A DNA stretch of 64,000 nt, from the NCBI GenBank assembly GCA_964534565.1, contig CAZHON010000001.1:390532-454531 (forward strand), in the 5' to 3' direction. Position 1 is the stretch's first letter, and every line of letters starts with the position of its first letter. Source of the DNA: an uncultured Candidatus Peribacteria bacterium (GTDB lineage Bacteria; Patescibacteriota; Gracilibacteria; Peribacterales; Peribacteraceae). Both the position numbers and the translations under genes were made by a program. Shown one piece after another: positions 7,870 to 16,919 of this stretch. Below the pieces are notes generated by a model. That model ran no database searches and had not been told where the DNA came from. It saw only the letters and a program-made list of their open reading frames with translations.

Positions 7870-8574
7870 TTATTCCTTGTCCTCAGCATCTTGCTTGGAA
7901 CCGACGGAGAGCATTGCTTCACCGACGGTGTTCAGGATGACCTGGATGGATTTTACAGCGTCGTCGTTTGCTGGGACGAACTCTGTGAATTCATCGGGGT
8001 TTGCATTGCTGTCGCAGATTCCGAACACAGGGATGCTCATCTTCTTTGCTTCCAACACCGCAACGTGGTCGCGGACTGCGTCGATCACGAAGATTGCGTT
8101 TGGCATTCCGTGCAAGTCGGCAACACCGGAGAATCCGATTTCCAACTTTGCGAGAGATTTGCGGAGCACGGTCTGTTCCTTCTTTGTGTACTTCTCGATT
8201 TCTCCTGTCTGGAAAGACTTTTTGAGATCGAGGTAGTACTGGATGCGGCGCTTGAGTGTTGGCCAGTTTGTCACCAAACCGGGGATCCAACGCTTGGTCA
8301 CCATTGGCTGGTGGAGCTGACGAGCGAGTTTTTCCATCAATGGAACTGCCTGCTGCTTTGTGGAGACGAAGAGAATCACTTTTCCTTCTGCCTGGAGCGC
8401 CTTGAGGGCGTCCGTCATCTTTGCGAGGTGCTCGCGTGTCTTTGCAAGATCGAAGATGTGAATACCTTTGTGTACACCGTAGATGTACTTGGACATTTTA
8501 GGATTCCACTTCTGCTTTGGGTGACCGAAGTGGCACGCCGCAGCGAGTAACTGTTGTTCTGTTGGCATTGCCAT
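7870..8574 (-). CDS. rpsB: 30S ribosomal protein S2
   Basis: 'LLAAACHFGHPKQKWNPKMSKYIYGVHKGIHIFDLAKT', 'VLFVSTKQQA', 'IFVIDAVRDHVAVLEAKKMSIPVFGICDSNANPD'. Confidence 0.95.
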   Translation of the reverse strand: MAMPTEQQLLAAACHFGHPKQKWNPKMSKYIYGVHKGIHIFDLAKTREHLAKMTDALKALQAEGKVILFVSTKQQAVPLMEKLARQLHQPMVTKRWIPGLVTNWPTLKRRIQYYLDLKKSFQTGEIEKYTKKEQTVLRKSLAKLEIGFSGVADLHGMPNAIFVIDAVRDHVAVLEAKKMSIPVFGICDSNANPDEFTEFVPANDDAVKSIQVILNTVGEAMLSVGSKQDAEDKE

Positions 8575-8851
8575 ACAAGAATTGGGGGAGAACTCTGTGC
8601 CCTACAGAGAAGAGATGATGAAGATCCTTGGGGCTACCCTGTCTCGTCGTTTCGCCGGTGCGGAGGATTCCCTTTGGGGGCCAGGACCGCAGCGATCAGA
8701 AACAGGTGATGGGGGGATTGTACGGATTTTGAGTTTGGACGCAATAGAAACACCCCAATCGAGAAATCAGTCGTTTTGAGATGTATTCCTCAAAAATGGC
8801 CAAATCTGCGTAAAGTACCTCTGTAGGCCTCATGGAGGGTGTATAGTCCAA

Positions 8852-8879
8852 TTGACAAATATTAAAAATAGTGTATTTT
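8852..8879 (+). promoter_or_regulatory. Sigma-70-type promoter candidate for the 8949 gene
   Basis: TTGACA (8852-8857), 16-nt spacer, TATTTT (8874-8879). Confidence 0.35.
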
Positions 8880-8884
8880 AACAA

Positions 8885-8908
8885 GTATTCGACAACTGTG
8901 TCGAATAC
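8885..8908 (+). promoter_or_regulatory. Perfect 10-bp inverted repeat (operator or 5'-UTR hairpin)
   Basis: GTATTCGACA(8885-8894)-actg-TGTCGAATAC(8899-8908), between the putative -10 and the ATG at 8949. Confidence 0.45.
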
Positions 8909-8948
8909 AACAATTTGGTTCGTCCTTTCACATTGTGGAGCACTACCC

Positions 8949-9401
8949 ATGCGGTACGTCATCAGTGTCTGCCTGTTCTTGTTTCTGGTTCCATCCGGCT
9001 TTGCGCAAGGTATTCAAGCAACTGACTACGATCGGTATCGAAAGAGTCAAAAAGAATTTCACTCCATCTCGGAGCACGAAATTCAAAAGCCCGATTGCGA
9101 CGTTCGCCTGATCGACAAGAAGGCCTGGAGCGCCTACGACGTTTCCAGTTCTATCTTCAGCGATCAAAATAGTCGCAGGCTATTCGCTCGACATGCCGAA
9201 CGATGTTACACACGAAGTCTCGAACGCTGGACGGAAATTCAGAAAGATCCCGATCATCCGTATTACTCTGAAGCCGCACTCGGGATTGCTCGATCGCATC
9301 ACATGATTGGTTGCGTGCTCTTGCAACAAGGATGTGGAATCGATGCCAAGAAGCACTTTGCAGAAGCGGAGAAGCACCCGCTCTTCAAAGGCAACAAGTA
9401 A
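8949..9401 (+). CDS. Hypothetical secreted protein
   Basis: Internal ATG at 8949 gives the signal peptide 'MRYVISVCLFLFLVPSGFAQG'. No recognisable family. Confidence 0.55.
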   Translation: MRYVISVCLFLFLVPSGFAQGIQATDYDRYRKSQKEFHSISEHEIQKPDCDVRLIDKKAWSAYDVSSSIFSDQNSRRLFARHAERCYTRSLERWTEIQKDPDHPYYSEAALGIARSHHMIGCVLLQQGCGIDAKKHFAEAEKHPLFKGNK

Positions 9402-9440
9402 TGCTCGGAGCCGTCACGTTACGCCTCCTGAAAAACAATC

Positions 9441-9470
9441 TAGCTGCCGTCTCGTACGGCAGCTATTTTT
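9441..9470. terminator. Bidirectional rho-independent terminator between convergent genes
   Basis: TAGCTGCCGT(9441-9450)-ctcgt-ACGGCAGCTA(9456-9465), then TTTTT; AAAAA at 9431-9435 upstream. Confidence 0.7.
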
Positions 9471-9526
9471 GTATGCTGCGATTTAGAGAGATGCGATGAG
9501 CCGACTGAGAGGCACGCGTCCCTCGG

Positions 9527-10942
9527 CTACGCTCGGGATGACAACTTTTCTACCAGCTGATCGATTGTCATGCGTTCTTGTTGAAGGGTGTCCCTATCGC
9601 GAATTGTTACAGTATTTACTTCACCCTGTGCCGCATCTTCGCCGATCGTTCCAAAGTCGACCGTAATGCACTTCGGTGTACCGATTTCATCCTGACGGCG
9701 GTAACGCTTTCCGATGGAACCGGTGAGATCGATATCGACGTTCAAGTTCGTTTCGTTCAAAAGCTTTTGGTGAATCTCATTTGCCTTTGCAATCAAGTGT
9801 TCCTTTTTGGAGAGAGGGAGAATCGCAACATCAACAGGGGAGAGCTTCTTGGTGAATTGCATCACCGTGCGCGTGTCGTCCTCAGCTAACTTCTCTTCGT
9901 TGTAGGCATCGAGAAGGATCGCGAGCGTGATGCGGTCTGCACCGAATGACGGTTCCATTACGTGAGGCACAATTTTTCGCGTTGGTTCATCAGGGTCCGT
10001 GTAATGCAGATCCTGTCCGCTGAACTTTTCGTGCTGATTCAAATCGAAGTCTGTGCGGTAGGCAGCTGCGGCGCAGAGTTCTCCCCAACCCCACGGGAAC
10101 TTGTATTCCACATCGGTTGTTCCGCGGCTGTAGTGTGACAGCTCATCTTTCTCATGATCGCGGAAGCGCAGGTTCTCGGCGCTAATTCCAAGCGTGACCG
10201 TGAGGAAGTCCCACGTGTCCTTCTTCCATTGAGCAAAGATGTCTTCCCACTTTGTAGCCTCGGGGTCGAAGAAGTACTCAATTTCCATCTGTTCGAATTC
10301 GCGTGTGCGGAAGGTGAAGTTTCCCGGAGTGATTTCGTTGCGGAACGCTTTTCCAATCTGCGCGACACCGAACGGCAAACGAAGACGCATCGTCTGTTGT
10401 ACGTTCTTGAAGTTTACGAAAATTCCCTGCGCAGTTTCCGGACGAAGGTAAATGTCGTTTCCCTCTCCTTCGATCACACCCTGCTGTGTTTTGAACATCA
10501 GGTTGAAGCGCTTTGCCTCCGTCCAATCGACCTTGCCGCAGTTGGCACAGGCGATTTTTTCAGCCATGAGCATCGGCTGCACTTGTTCCAATTTCAAAAC
10601 TGCCACCGCTTCAACTCCCAATTTATCTTCGAGAAGTTTGTCTCCGCGGAAACGTTGCTTGCAGGCTTTGCAGTCGACCAACGGATCGGCGAAGTTACCG
10701 ACGTGACCGGAGGCTTCCCACACTTTCGGGTTCATCAAGATTGCAGCGTCGAGTCCCACCATGTCCGTCCTGCGGCGAACGAACGTATCGAGCCACAGTT
10801 TTTTGACGCGATTTTTCAATTCCACTCCCAGTGGTCCGTAATCCCACGTATTGGCGAGTCCTCCGTAAATATCCGAGCCCGGGAAGATGAATCCGCGGCG
10901 CTTGCAGAGGCTGACGACTTGATCGAGGGTGGTTGCGGGCAT
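9527..10942 (-). CDS. glyQS: Glycine--tRNA ligase (dimeric class II type)
   Basis: 'LCKRRGFIFPGSDIYGGLANTWDYGPLGVELKNRVKKLW', 'YLRPETAQGIFVNF', 'GKAFRNEITPGNFTFRTREFEQMEIEYF'. Confidence 0.95.
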   Translation of the reverse strand: MPATTLDQVVSLCKRRGFIFPGSDIYGGLANTWDYGPLGVELKNRVKKLWLDTFVRRRTDMVGLDAAILMNPKVWEASGHVGNFADPLVDCKACKQRFRGDKLLEDKLGVEAVAVLKLEQVQPMLMAEKIACANCGKVDWTEAKRFNLMFKTQQGVIEGEGNDIYLRPETAQGIFVNFKNVQQTMRLRLPFGVAQIGKAFRNEITPGNFTFRTREFEQMEIEYFFDPEATKWEDIFAQWKKDTWDFLTVTLGISAENLRFRDHEKDELSHYSRGTTDVEYKFPWGWGELCAAAAYRTDFDLNQHEKFSGQDLHYTDPDEPTRKIVPHVMEPSFGADRITLAILLDAYNEEKLAEDDTRTVMQFTKKLSPVDVAILPLSKKEHLIAKANEIHQKLLNETNLNVDIDLTGSIGKRYRRQDEIGTPKCITVDFGTIGEDAAQGEVNTVTIRDRDTLQQERMTIDQLVEKLSSRA

Positions 10943-11001
10943 GGGGCGACAGAATAGCAGACCTGAGCCCCAAGCAAAGCATTGTTACGGGTTTTTAGGG
11001 C

Positions 11002-12792
11002 TTAGGAAGAGTAGTTGGACTGCGCCAAGAAGATCACCAGCATGGTACAGAGCGCAATGACATTCCACGTGAACGCGATGGCCACCGAGCGAACAGAGGC
11101 AGGCAGCAGTTCCAGGCCCCGGATGAGCCCGTAGGCGACAGGAGCCGCGAGCAGCGGGATGAATCGATAGTCCTGATTGCAACCATAGGGATAATCAAAA
11201 CGATAGAAGAATGCCGACCCCAGAAGTGCCCCGAGTGTCAGGAGGTAGGGGAGTCGTTCTTCCAGATGTCGATAGAGATCGTTCCAAAAACCAAGCGCAC
11301 TCACCGCAAGGAGGACGAGGCTGCAAGACTCCAGAAGAACCGTGAACGAGAACATCCGTGGTCCCAATTGCCACTGACCGACGAAGACAGATTTGAAGAG
11401 GTATTCCCAGAAGAATTGTCGGCGTTCACCGTCGGCCCAATCGTTGTTGTAAGGGTGCGCAACAATTTGCAGAGGATTGAATACCGTGAGGTGAGAGAAG
11501 GTGTTCACTACCGCAAGGCCCGAGTTCAGACCGCTGTTGATGAGCGAAGATTCTCCTTCAATAATGAAGCGCAAAAAGAAGTACCAGCCTGTGAGAATGG
11601 AAAGCATCAAGAAAGCCCACACACCGGCAAGTACTTTCTGCGGCATCTTCCAGCGCGGATGAAATACGAGACAGAGAGCGATCAGCATTACAAACGGGAG
11701 AGCGCTCGTCTTCGTCAAAATTGCCAACGCGAGAATGAATGTTGAAAGCAACCAATCGCGCATTGTTCCCAGCTGCCACCAACGAATGAGGAATGCGAGG
11801 AATAGGAACGAAAGGAAGGAGAGTAACGTGTCATTCGTAATGCGAGATGCGAAGAAGATGAGCCCCGGGAAGACGGCAATCACCGCAAGGAAGAGGGACT
11901 GTTGCCATAACTGCTTCCCTTTGAAGAGCATGTGTCCGATCCATCCGGCGACGAGCAATGTTCCAATAGAGAGGAGCAGCGAAGACCATTGCACGATGGG
12001 CCAAATGTTCGGAGGAACGATGGTGAGCATCTTCCCCACCATCACAATCGGCGCCATCAGGAAATAGTAGAGAGGCGGTTGGTTGTACTCCCATCCTTCG
12101 CTCGATTTCGGAATGAGCAGATGATCGACGACGTACTGGATGTATTCCAAATGTCCGTCGACGTCGTACGCACGCACCGGGTATGGAGTCCACAGAACGT
12201 AAATCACGCGCAGCAGAACACCGAAGAGGAAAATCCATGCAAGCGTGGATTCGACATGGAAATGTCGTCGTGCACTGAGCACGATGTGCGACACGCCGAA
12301 TGCGATGAATAGAATGAGGAGGACGTGGAGTGTGCGCTGGAGAGGGTCCGACGGATCGAGACCAAACATGAACCCACCCTTTCCTCCCTGATCTTTCACC
12401 GTTGCGCTGATGCGGTGATCTCCGGGCGTCAAAAATTCATGCAAGTTGATGGTGCGACCTTTGTCGTAATCACAGAAAGGAATGAGTTCGTCCTCGACCG
12501 GTCGACCGTCGATGCTCAATCGAGAAAGACAATCGTCGGGTTTGATGCGGTAGAGAGACGGAGCGAACGAAGGAACGCTGACCGCGAATGTCACTTCCAT
12601 CATTTCTCCTTCACTCTCCACCAAAAAGGGAAGAACAGCTTCATGCGCCTCTTTGGATTGATATTGATATACCGCCTTTCCCACCGATGGCGTGATCATG
12701 CGGGTCATTCCCCAAATAAAGAGTGACCCAAACAGGAGCACGAAAATCCCCGTGGTCATGCTGCCCGTCATTGAAAATGAGAAACGCTTCAT
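11002..12792 (-). CDS. Polytopic GT-C-type (ArnT/PMT-like) membrane glycosyltransferase with an N-terminal extracytoplasmic beta-rich domain
   Basis: ATG at 12792 ('MKRFSFSMTGSM') is preferred over 12876. One TM, then an approximately 120-aa soluble domain, then at least 10 TM helices with 'YDVDGHLEYIQYV' in the first loop. Divergent from the GT2 gene. Confidence 0.55.
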   Translation of the reverse strand: MKRFSFSMTGSMTTGIFVLLFGSLFIWGMTRMITPSVGKAVYQYQSKEAHEAVLPFLVESEGEMMEVTFAVSVPSFAPSLYRIKPDDCLSRLSIDGRPVEDELIPFCDYDKGRTINLHEFLTPGDHRISATVKDQGGKGGFMFGLDPSDPLQRTLHVLLILFIAFGVSHIVLSARRHFHVESTLAWIFLFGVLLRVIYVLWTPYPVRAYDVDGHLEYIQYVVDHLLIPKSSEGWEYNQPPLYYFLMAPIVMVGKMLTIVPPNIWPIVQWSSLLLSIGTLLVAGWIGHMLFKGKQLWQQSLFLAVIAVFPGLIFFASRITNDTLLSFLSFLFLAFLIRWWQLGTMRDWLLSTFILALAILTKTSALPFVMLIALCLVFHPRWKMPQKVLAGVWAFLMLSILTGWYFFLRFIIEGESSLINSGLNSGLAVVNTFSHLTVFNPLQIVAHPYNNDWADGERRQFFWEYLFKSVFVGQWQLGPRMFSFTVLLESCSLVLLAVSALGFWNDLYRHLEERLPYLLTLGALLGSAFFYRFDYPYGCNQDYRFIPLLAAPVAYGLIRGLELLPASVRSVAIAFTWNVIALCTMLVIFLAQSNYSS

Positions 12793-12834
12793 AGGTGTGT
12801 CTGGAACGGGATCGTACCAGCGTTTTTCTCTTTC

Positions 12835-13605
12835 GTGAAACAAGGCATTGGCACGACGCAGAGGGGCGGATACCATTCACGGGTGTCAAATACCTCTTTC
12901 TCCCTCGTCATTCCGTGCTTCAACGAAGCGCCGAACCTTGCTGCCGTGTTGCAGGAGATCGATGCCTGGCGCACCGACAAAGGAATCGATTTAGAATTGA
13001 TTGCCGTCAACGATGGATCACGCGATAACACAGGAGAAGTGTTGGAGTCACTACAGAAGACGTATCCATGGATGGTTGTCTTACATCACGAAAAAAATCA
13101 GGGCTACGGCTGGGCCGTGCGCTCCGGGTTGGATAAAGCGACGAAAGACATAATCGGGTTTATGGACAGTGATCGTCAGTTCGATCCGCAGGATCTTTCC
13201 AAATTGATTCCCTATTTGAAGAACGCAGACTTCGTATCCGGTCGTCGCCGCCACCGAGCCGATCCGTTGGTGCGTGATCTGTTTGGAAAAACACTCGGCA
13301 TTCTCATGTTCGTCGTGTTCGGTCTGTGGGTTCGCGACCTCAACTGCGGCATGAAGATCATGCATCGAAACATTTGGAAGAAGATTCGTCCTGAACATGG
13401 TGTTGAAAAACTCTTCAATACGGAACTGTTCCTTCGCTTGAAGCGCAATCAATTGAAGTGGGTCCTCGTCGATGTTCCTCACTATCCGCGCCGAGCAGGC
13501 AGCCCGACAGGGGCGTCTTTGAAAGTGATTGTCCGCATGTTTCGAGAAATCGCCGATCTGAAGAAGGCTATGAATCGCGAAGATGCCGAGGCAAAATCAC
13601 GCTAA
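12835..13605 (+). CDS. GT2 polyprenyl-phosphate glycosyl (mannose/glucose) synthase-like glycosyltransferase
   Basis: GTG start. 'FSLVIPCFNEAPNL', 'LIAVNDGSRDNT', 'FMDSDRQFDP'; basic C-terminus. Confidence 0.8.
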   Translation: MKQGIGTTQRGGYHSRVSNTSFSLVIPCFNEAPNLAAVLQEIDAWRTDKGIDLELIAVNDGSRDNTGEVLESLQKTYPWMVVLHHEKNQGYGWAVRSGLDKATKDIIGFMDSDRQFDPQDLSKLIPYLKNADFVSGRRRHRADPLVRDLFGKTLGILMFVVFGLWVRDLNCGMKIMHRNIWKKIRPEHGVEKLFNTELFLRLKRNQLKWVLVDVPHYPRRAGSPTGASLKVIVRMFREIADLKKAMNREDAEAKSR

Positions 13606-13609
13606 GCGC

Positions 13610-15118
13610 TTAGTTTGTAGGCGCCGGTCGAACGACGATCGGGCTTTCGAGTGTGCAGCGTGCGCAGTGCAGTTCCCACACCTTCAGCAGGTTTCGCTCT
13701 TTCACCTGTGCGTCGGCCAACGGCTCGTAGTAGGCGAGAGGGCGATAGGATTGGAATGCAAGGAACACGATTGCCGCCATGATGACGAGCGCATACGTCT
13801 TGCGGGCTTCCGTTAAAACGAATGAACCGATGCGATCGATCTCGAGGAAGAAGAGTCCCACCAAAATGCACGCGAACGAGAGGGGCAAGAAGTAGTGGTA
13901 CAAATACATCACACGAGTGATCTGTGAAACGGCGATGAAGAAACACACGTACAGCATGAAGAACGTCAACAGAGCAGTCGGTTCTTTCAACGGCGTTCCT
14001 CCGCGCAGAATTTGTGCAGCTGCAAGCCCTCCACACAGCACCACAGCAAACAGTGCAAACAACCACGTTGCAGGGTTCGATTGCAATGTGAGATAGCGGT
14101 AGTAGCCGCCTCCGTCCGTTGCCCAGCGATAGTTGATCGTTCGACCGCCGACGGGCCACAGGAACCATGGGCTTCCGTTCTCGTCTGCTTTGCAAAGGTC
14201 GAGGCGGGGCACTCCTTGTTGGTAGTGACCGACGAAGTGAATCGAGTCACGAATCATCGTCGGGAACGAGAGGAGCGATGTGTTGCGGTGCTCAGACAAG
14301 ATTGTTTTGTACTGCTCTGATGCCTGGTAGTACCCGTTGTCGGGCAATGCCGGGTTGATGTTCGAACCGAGGGCAAAGTGAATCTGCCAAATGGTGACGT
14401 ATGGAATGAGGAAGAATACCAAACTGAGCGTAAGGAACAGAAGTGTCTTCAGCGGATTGGGCCACAGGTAGACGAAGATTGCTGGAAGCAGCAGAACCAA
14501 AATCAATGCGAATGCCTTCGTCGCAAGGGCACACCCGAATCCGAATCCGAACAGAACAGCCGCCCATACGAACACGCTGTTCTTCAGGGGCTTCGTGCGA
14601 AGCAGTAACACACCGATAATCGAGAGCAGAGAGAAGAAGAGCATCGTCGTCTCCAACATTGCGCCGCGTCCGTGGACAATTTGTGCGGTGTCAAAAATGT
14701 AGAGAGACGACAGCAGCATCGCCCACACGGGTTTTTTCGTCACCAAAAAGAAGATCCAGAAAAACAGTCCCGCTGTCAGCCATCCAAGGAGAGCGGGGAA
14801 CAGGCGATACCCCGTGAAGGAAAATCCGTCTGGAGGATTCTGTGCGTAGTCCGTGTTGATGAATTGATTGTCGATCGCATTTGCATTCACGATTTTTTCA
14901 CCGAGAGCGATGAGGAGCTTTCCGAGGGGAGGGTGCGGTTCCATGAAGTACACCCCGTTTAAATATTTCTGTGCACTTGCAACGTGATAGTTTTCGTCCC
15001 AAAAGAACGCTTGTGGGTTCTGATAATTGTAGAAGTACGTCCAAAACGACGTGACCAGCACGAGGGCCAGACAGATTTCGAGTGGATAGCGTTTCAGCCA
15101 GGCGACAGTTTGTTGCAT
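13610..15118 (-). CDS. GT39 (PMT-type) phospholipid-carrier-dependent protein mannosyltransferase-like enzyme
   Basis: 'FFWDENYHVASAQKYLNGVYFMEPHPPLGKLLIALGE' (loop-1 DE motif plus HPPLGK); multiple TM helices. Confidence 0.8.
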   Translation of the reverse strand: MQQTVAWLKRYPLEICLALVLVTSFWTYFYNYQNPQAFFWDENYHVASAQKYLNGVYFMEPHPPLGKLLIALGEKIVNANAIDNQFINTDYAQNPPDGFSFTGYRLFPALLGWLTAGLFFWIFFLVTKKPVWAMLLSSLYIFDTAQIVHGRGAMLETTMLFFSLLSIIGVLLLRTKPLKNSVFVWAAVLFGFGFGCALATKAFALILVLLLPAIFVYLWPNPLKTLLFLTLSLVFFLIPYVTIWQIHFALGSNINPALPDNGYYQASEQYKTILSEHRNTSLLSFPTMIRDSIHFVGHYQQGVPRLDLCKADENGSPWFLWPVGGRTINYRWATDGGGYYRYLTLQSNPATWLFALFAVVLCGGLAAAQILRGGTPLKEPTALLTFFMLYVCFFIAVSQITRVMYLYHYFLPLSFACILVGLFFLEIDRIGSFVLTEARKTYALVIMAAIVFLAFQSYRPLAYYEPLADAQVKERNLLKVWELHCARCTLESPIVVRPAPTN

Positions 15119-15223
15119 GGCCGGCAGTGTAGCGGTCCGCCGTCCCTTCTCACAAATTGCCTTTTGCTCCTCCTGAGTAGTGGTCCTTCCCCCTTCTGTT
15201 TTAATGCAAAATGTGGTAGAATA

Positions 15224-16603
15224 ATGGGATTGTCACTCTTTGATTTTCAGCACGGGCTAGCGCTTCCTCCTCTTGGGTCGGCAACGGCGGTTCTTGCGGC
15301 TGTGCTCCTGCTTGCAGCGCTCGACATTTCTCAGCGACTGCACCACAAAACGACCCATCTTATTTTTGCGTGCGTTGTGGGAACGGTGCTCTCCGTCATT
15401 CTCCTCAAAGTGGGAGATGTCGTCACGTTGCCGGGCTGGAAAGAGAATGCCTACCTCATGGCGCTCCTTGTGGTGTGTCTGTGGATCAGTTGGAAAGCGC
15501 TCTTCGGTCCATGGGACGAACAGACGAAGGCAGCCATGCTCGGGACCTTCCTCTTCTGGATCGCGCTTCGCATCATCATGCGCGACGACCCTGCCGAACG
15601 AACGGCGCGGTTGATCGCGAGTGTGACGGCACTCATTCCCGCCTGCATTTGGTGTCGTCTCTTCCTGGAGTATCACCGTGAACGTCTGACGCGCGTTCTC
15701 CTCATGTTCTTCGCGGGCATGCTCTCGACGGCGCCTGTTCTCTTCTACGACGCTCTCGTTACACGCAACATCGAATTGCAATTCTTCCTGTTCCGCATCG
15801 TGCCGGAAAGCTTCCATGAGTACTCTCAGGGATTTGTCGCTTCGGCGCTTCATGCTGCGGAAAACAGCAATAAGGTCGTGTTGGTCAGCTTGATCTCGTT
15901 CGTGCTCGTCGGAGTGTTGGAAGAGATCAGCAAGTTCTGGGTTCTCAAGCGAAGTTGTCAGGATCTCGCATCGAGCATCGATGATGTGATGGAGCTTTCC
16001 ATCATTGTCGCGATCGGTTTTGCATTTGCAGAAAACATCATCAACCCAACGTACTTCACGGGGTTCGTACAACAGTACCTGCTGTTACCGGAGTCTCCCG
16101 ACATTCTTGGATTCCTCAGCAATGTGCTGGGCCGTTCGGTGCTCACCACGATGGTGCACGTCGTCTCGACGGGAATCCTTGGCTACTTCCTGGGACTCGC
16201 GATGTTCGCAGGCCCCGTTCTTGCAGAACAGAAAGCGGCGGGACGCTTCTCGATGATTGTCGCCTCGGTCCATCGTTTGCTTGGACTTTCGGAGACATCG
16301 GTCTTCCGCACACAAATGCTCACGACAGGAATTGTCGTTGCGATTTGCTGCCACGGGCTCTTCAACTTCCTGGTGACGCTCCCCGACATTCTTCCGAATA
16401 ATCCAAAGACGATTGCCGATATTTTGGGAGTGCAGTCCTATGGGCTGCAGTACATTCCATTCTTGCTCATTCCTGCATTGACGTACGTGGTGGGGGGATT
16501 CTGGCTTTTGACATCGTTATTTGCCCGCAAAGAGGCAATGAAGGAACGCGGGTGTATCGTCAAACAGGAGGTCTTTGTAGACCCGGAAACGCAACGCTCA
16601 TAA
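15224..16603 (+). CDS. PrsW-family intramembrane metalloprotease-like protein
   Basis: ATG at 15224 (the upstream part of ORF 14984 overlaps the GT39 gene). Motifs 'LEEISKFWVLK', 'GFAFAENIINP', 'TMVHVVSTGILGYFLG'. Confidence 0.7.
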   Translation: MGLSLFDFQHGLALPPLGSATAVLAAVLLLAALDISQRLHHKTTHLIFACVVGTVLSVILLKVGDVVTLPGWKENAYLMALLVVCLWISWKALFGPWDEQTKAAMLGTFLFWIALRIIMRDDPAERTARLIASVTALIPACIWCRLFLEYHRERLTRVLLMFFAGMLSTAPVLFYDALVTRNIELQFFLFRIVPESFHEYSQGFVASALHAAENSNKVVLVSLISFVLVGVLEEISKFWVLKRSCQDLASSIDDVMELSIIVAIGFAFAENIINPTYFTGFVQQYLLLPESPDILGFLSNVLGRSVLTTMVHVVSTGILGYFLGLAMFAGPVLAEQKAAGRFSMIVASVHRLLGLSETSVFRTQMLTTGIVVAICCHGLFNFLVTLPDILPNNPKTIADILGVQSYGLQYIPFLLIPALTYVVGGFWLLTSLFARKEAMKERGCIVKQEVFVDPETQRS

Positions 16604-16604
16604 C

Positions 16605-16633
16605 TTGAGAAAAAGGCGTTTTTAGGCTATAAT
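16605..16633 (+). promoter_or_regulatory. Near-consensus sigma-70 promoter of the 82-aa/1597-aa operon
   Basis: TTGAGA (16605-16610), 17-nt spacer, TATAAT (16628-16633). Confidence 0.6.
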
Positions 16634-16635
16634 TA

Positions 16636-16655
16636 GGGGAATATTCCAATTCCCC
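16636..16655 (+). promoter_or_regulatory. Perfect 7-bp inverted repeat abutting the start codon (operator or 5' hairpin)
   Basis: GGGGAAT(16636-16642)-attcca-ATTCCCC(16649-16655); ATG at 16656. Confidence 0.5.
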
Positions 16656-16904
16656 ATGGTTTCATTTTCTACACCTTCGGAGTCCCTGGAATCACAGCGT
16701 GACGAGGTGATCGATGGCCTGCGTTTAGACTCTCGTAGTCGTTTTGGAAAAGCGGTCGGTGGCGTTGTGAAATTCGGAATGGACGGAGCGGATCTAGGAA
16801 TCCAAGTGACTGCCTATGCTGGAGGACGTGTCGTGAATTCGGCAGTAGGTGGTGTTCAAAAACTCTACCGAGGTATTACAAATAAATCCTTCTCGAACAA
16901 TTAA
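16656..16904 (+). CDS. Small Gly-rich hypothetical protein, first gene of the giant-protein operon
   Basis: 82 aa, directly behind the promoter and palindrome, 15 nt upstream of the 1597-aa ORF. No family recognised. Confidence 0.5.
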   Translation: MVSFSTPSESLESQRDEVIDGLRLDSRSRFGKAVGGVVKFGMDGADLGIQVTAYAGGRVVNSAVGGVQKLYRGITNKSFSNN

Positions 16905-16919
16905 TCCTTCTTCTTTTTT

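Noticed and set aside
8582-8962. Small ORFs in the rpsB upstream spacer (8582-8779 plus strand, 8696-8962 minus strand)
   Set aside because: One has a non-ATG start and the other overlaps the start of the 8949 gene. Neither has recognisable features. The region is better explained as a leader and promoter.
14984-15223. N-terminal 80 codons of ORF 14984-16603
   Set aside because: They overlap the 5' part of the well-supported GT39 gene on the other strand. ATG at 15224 follows the intergenic gap.
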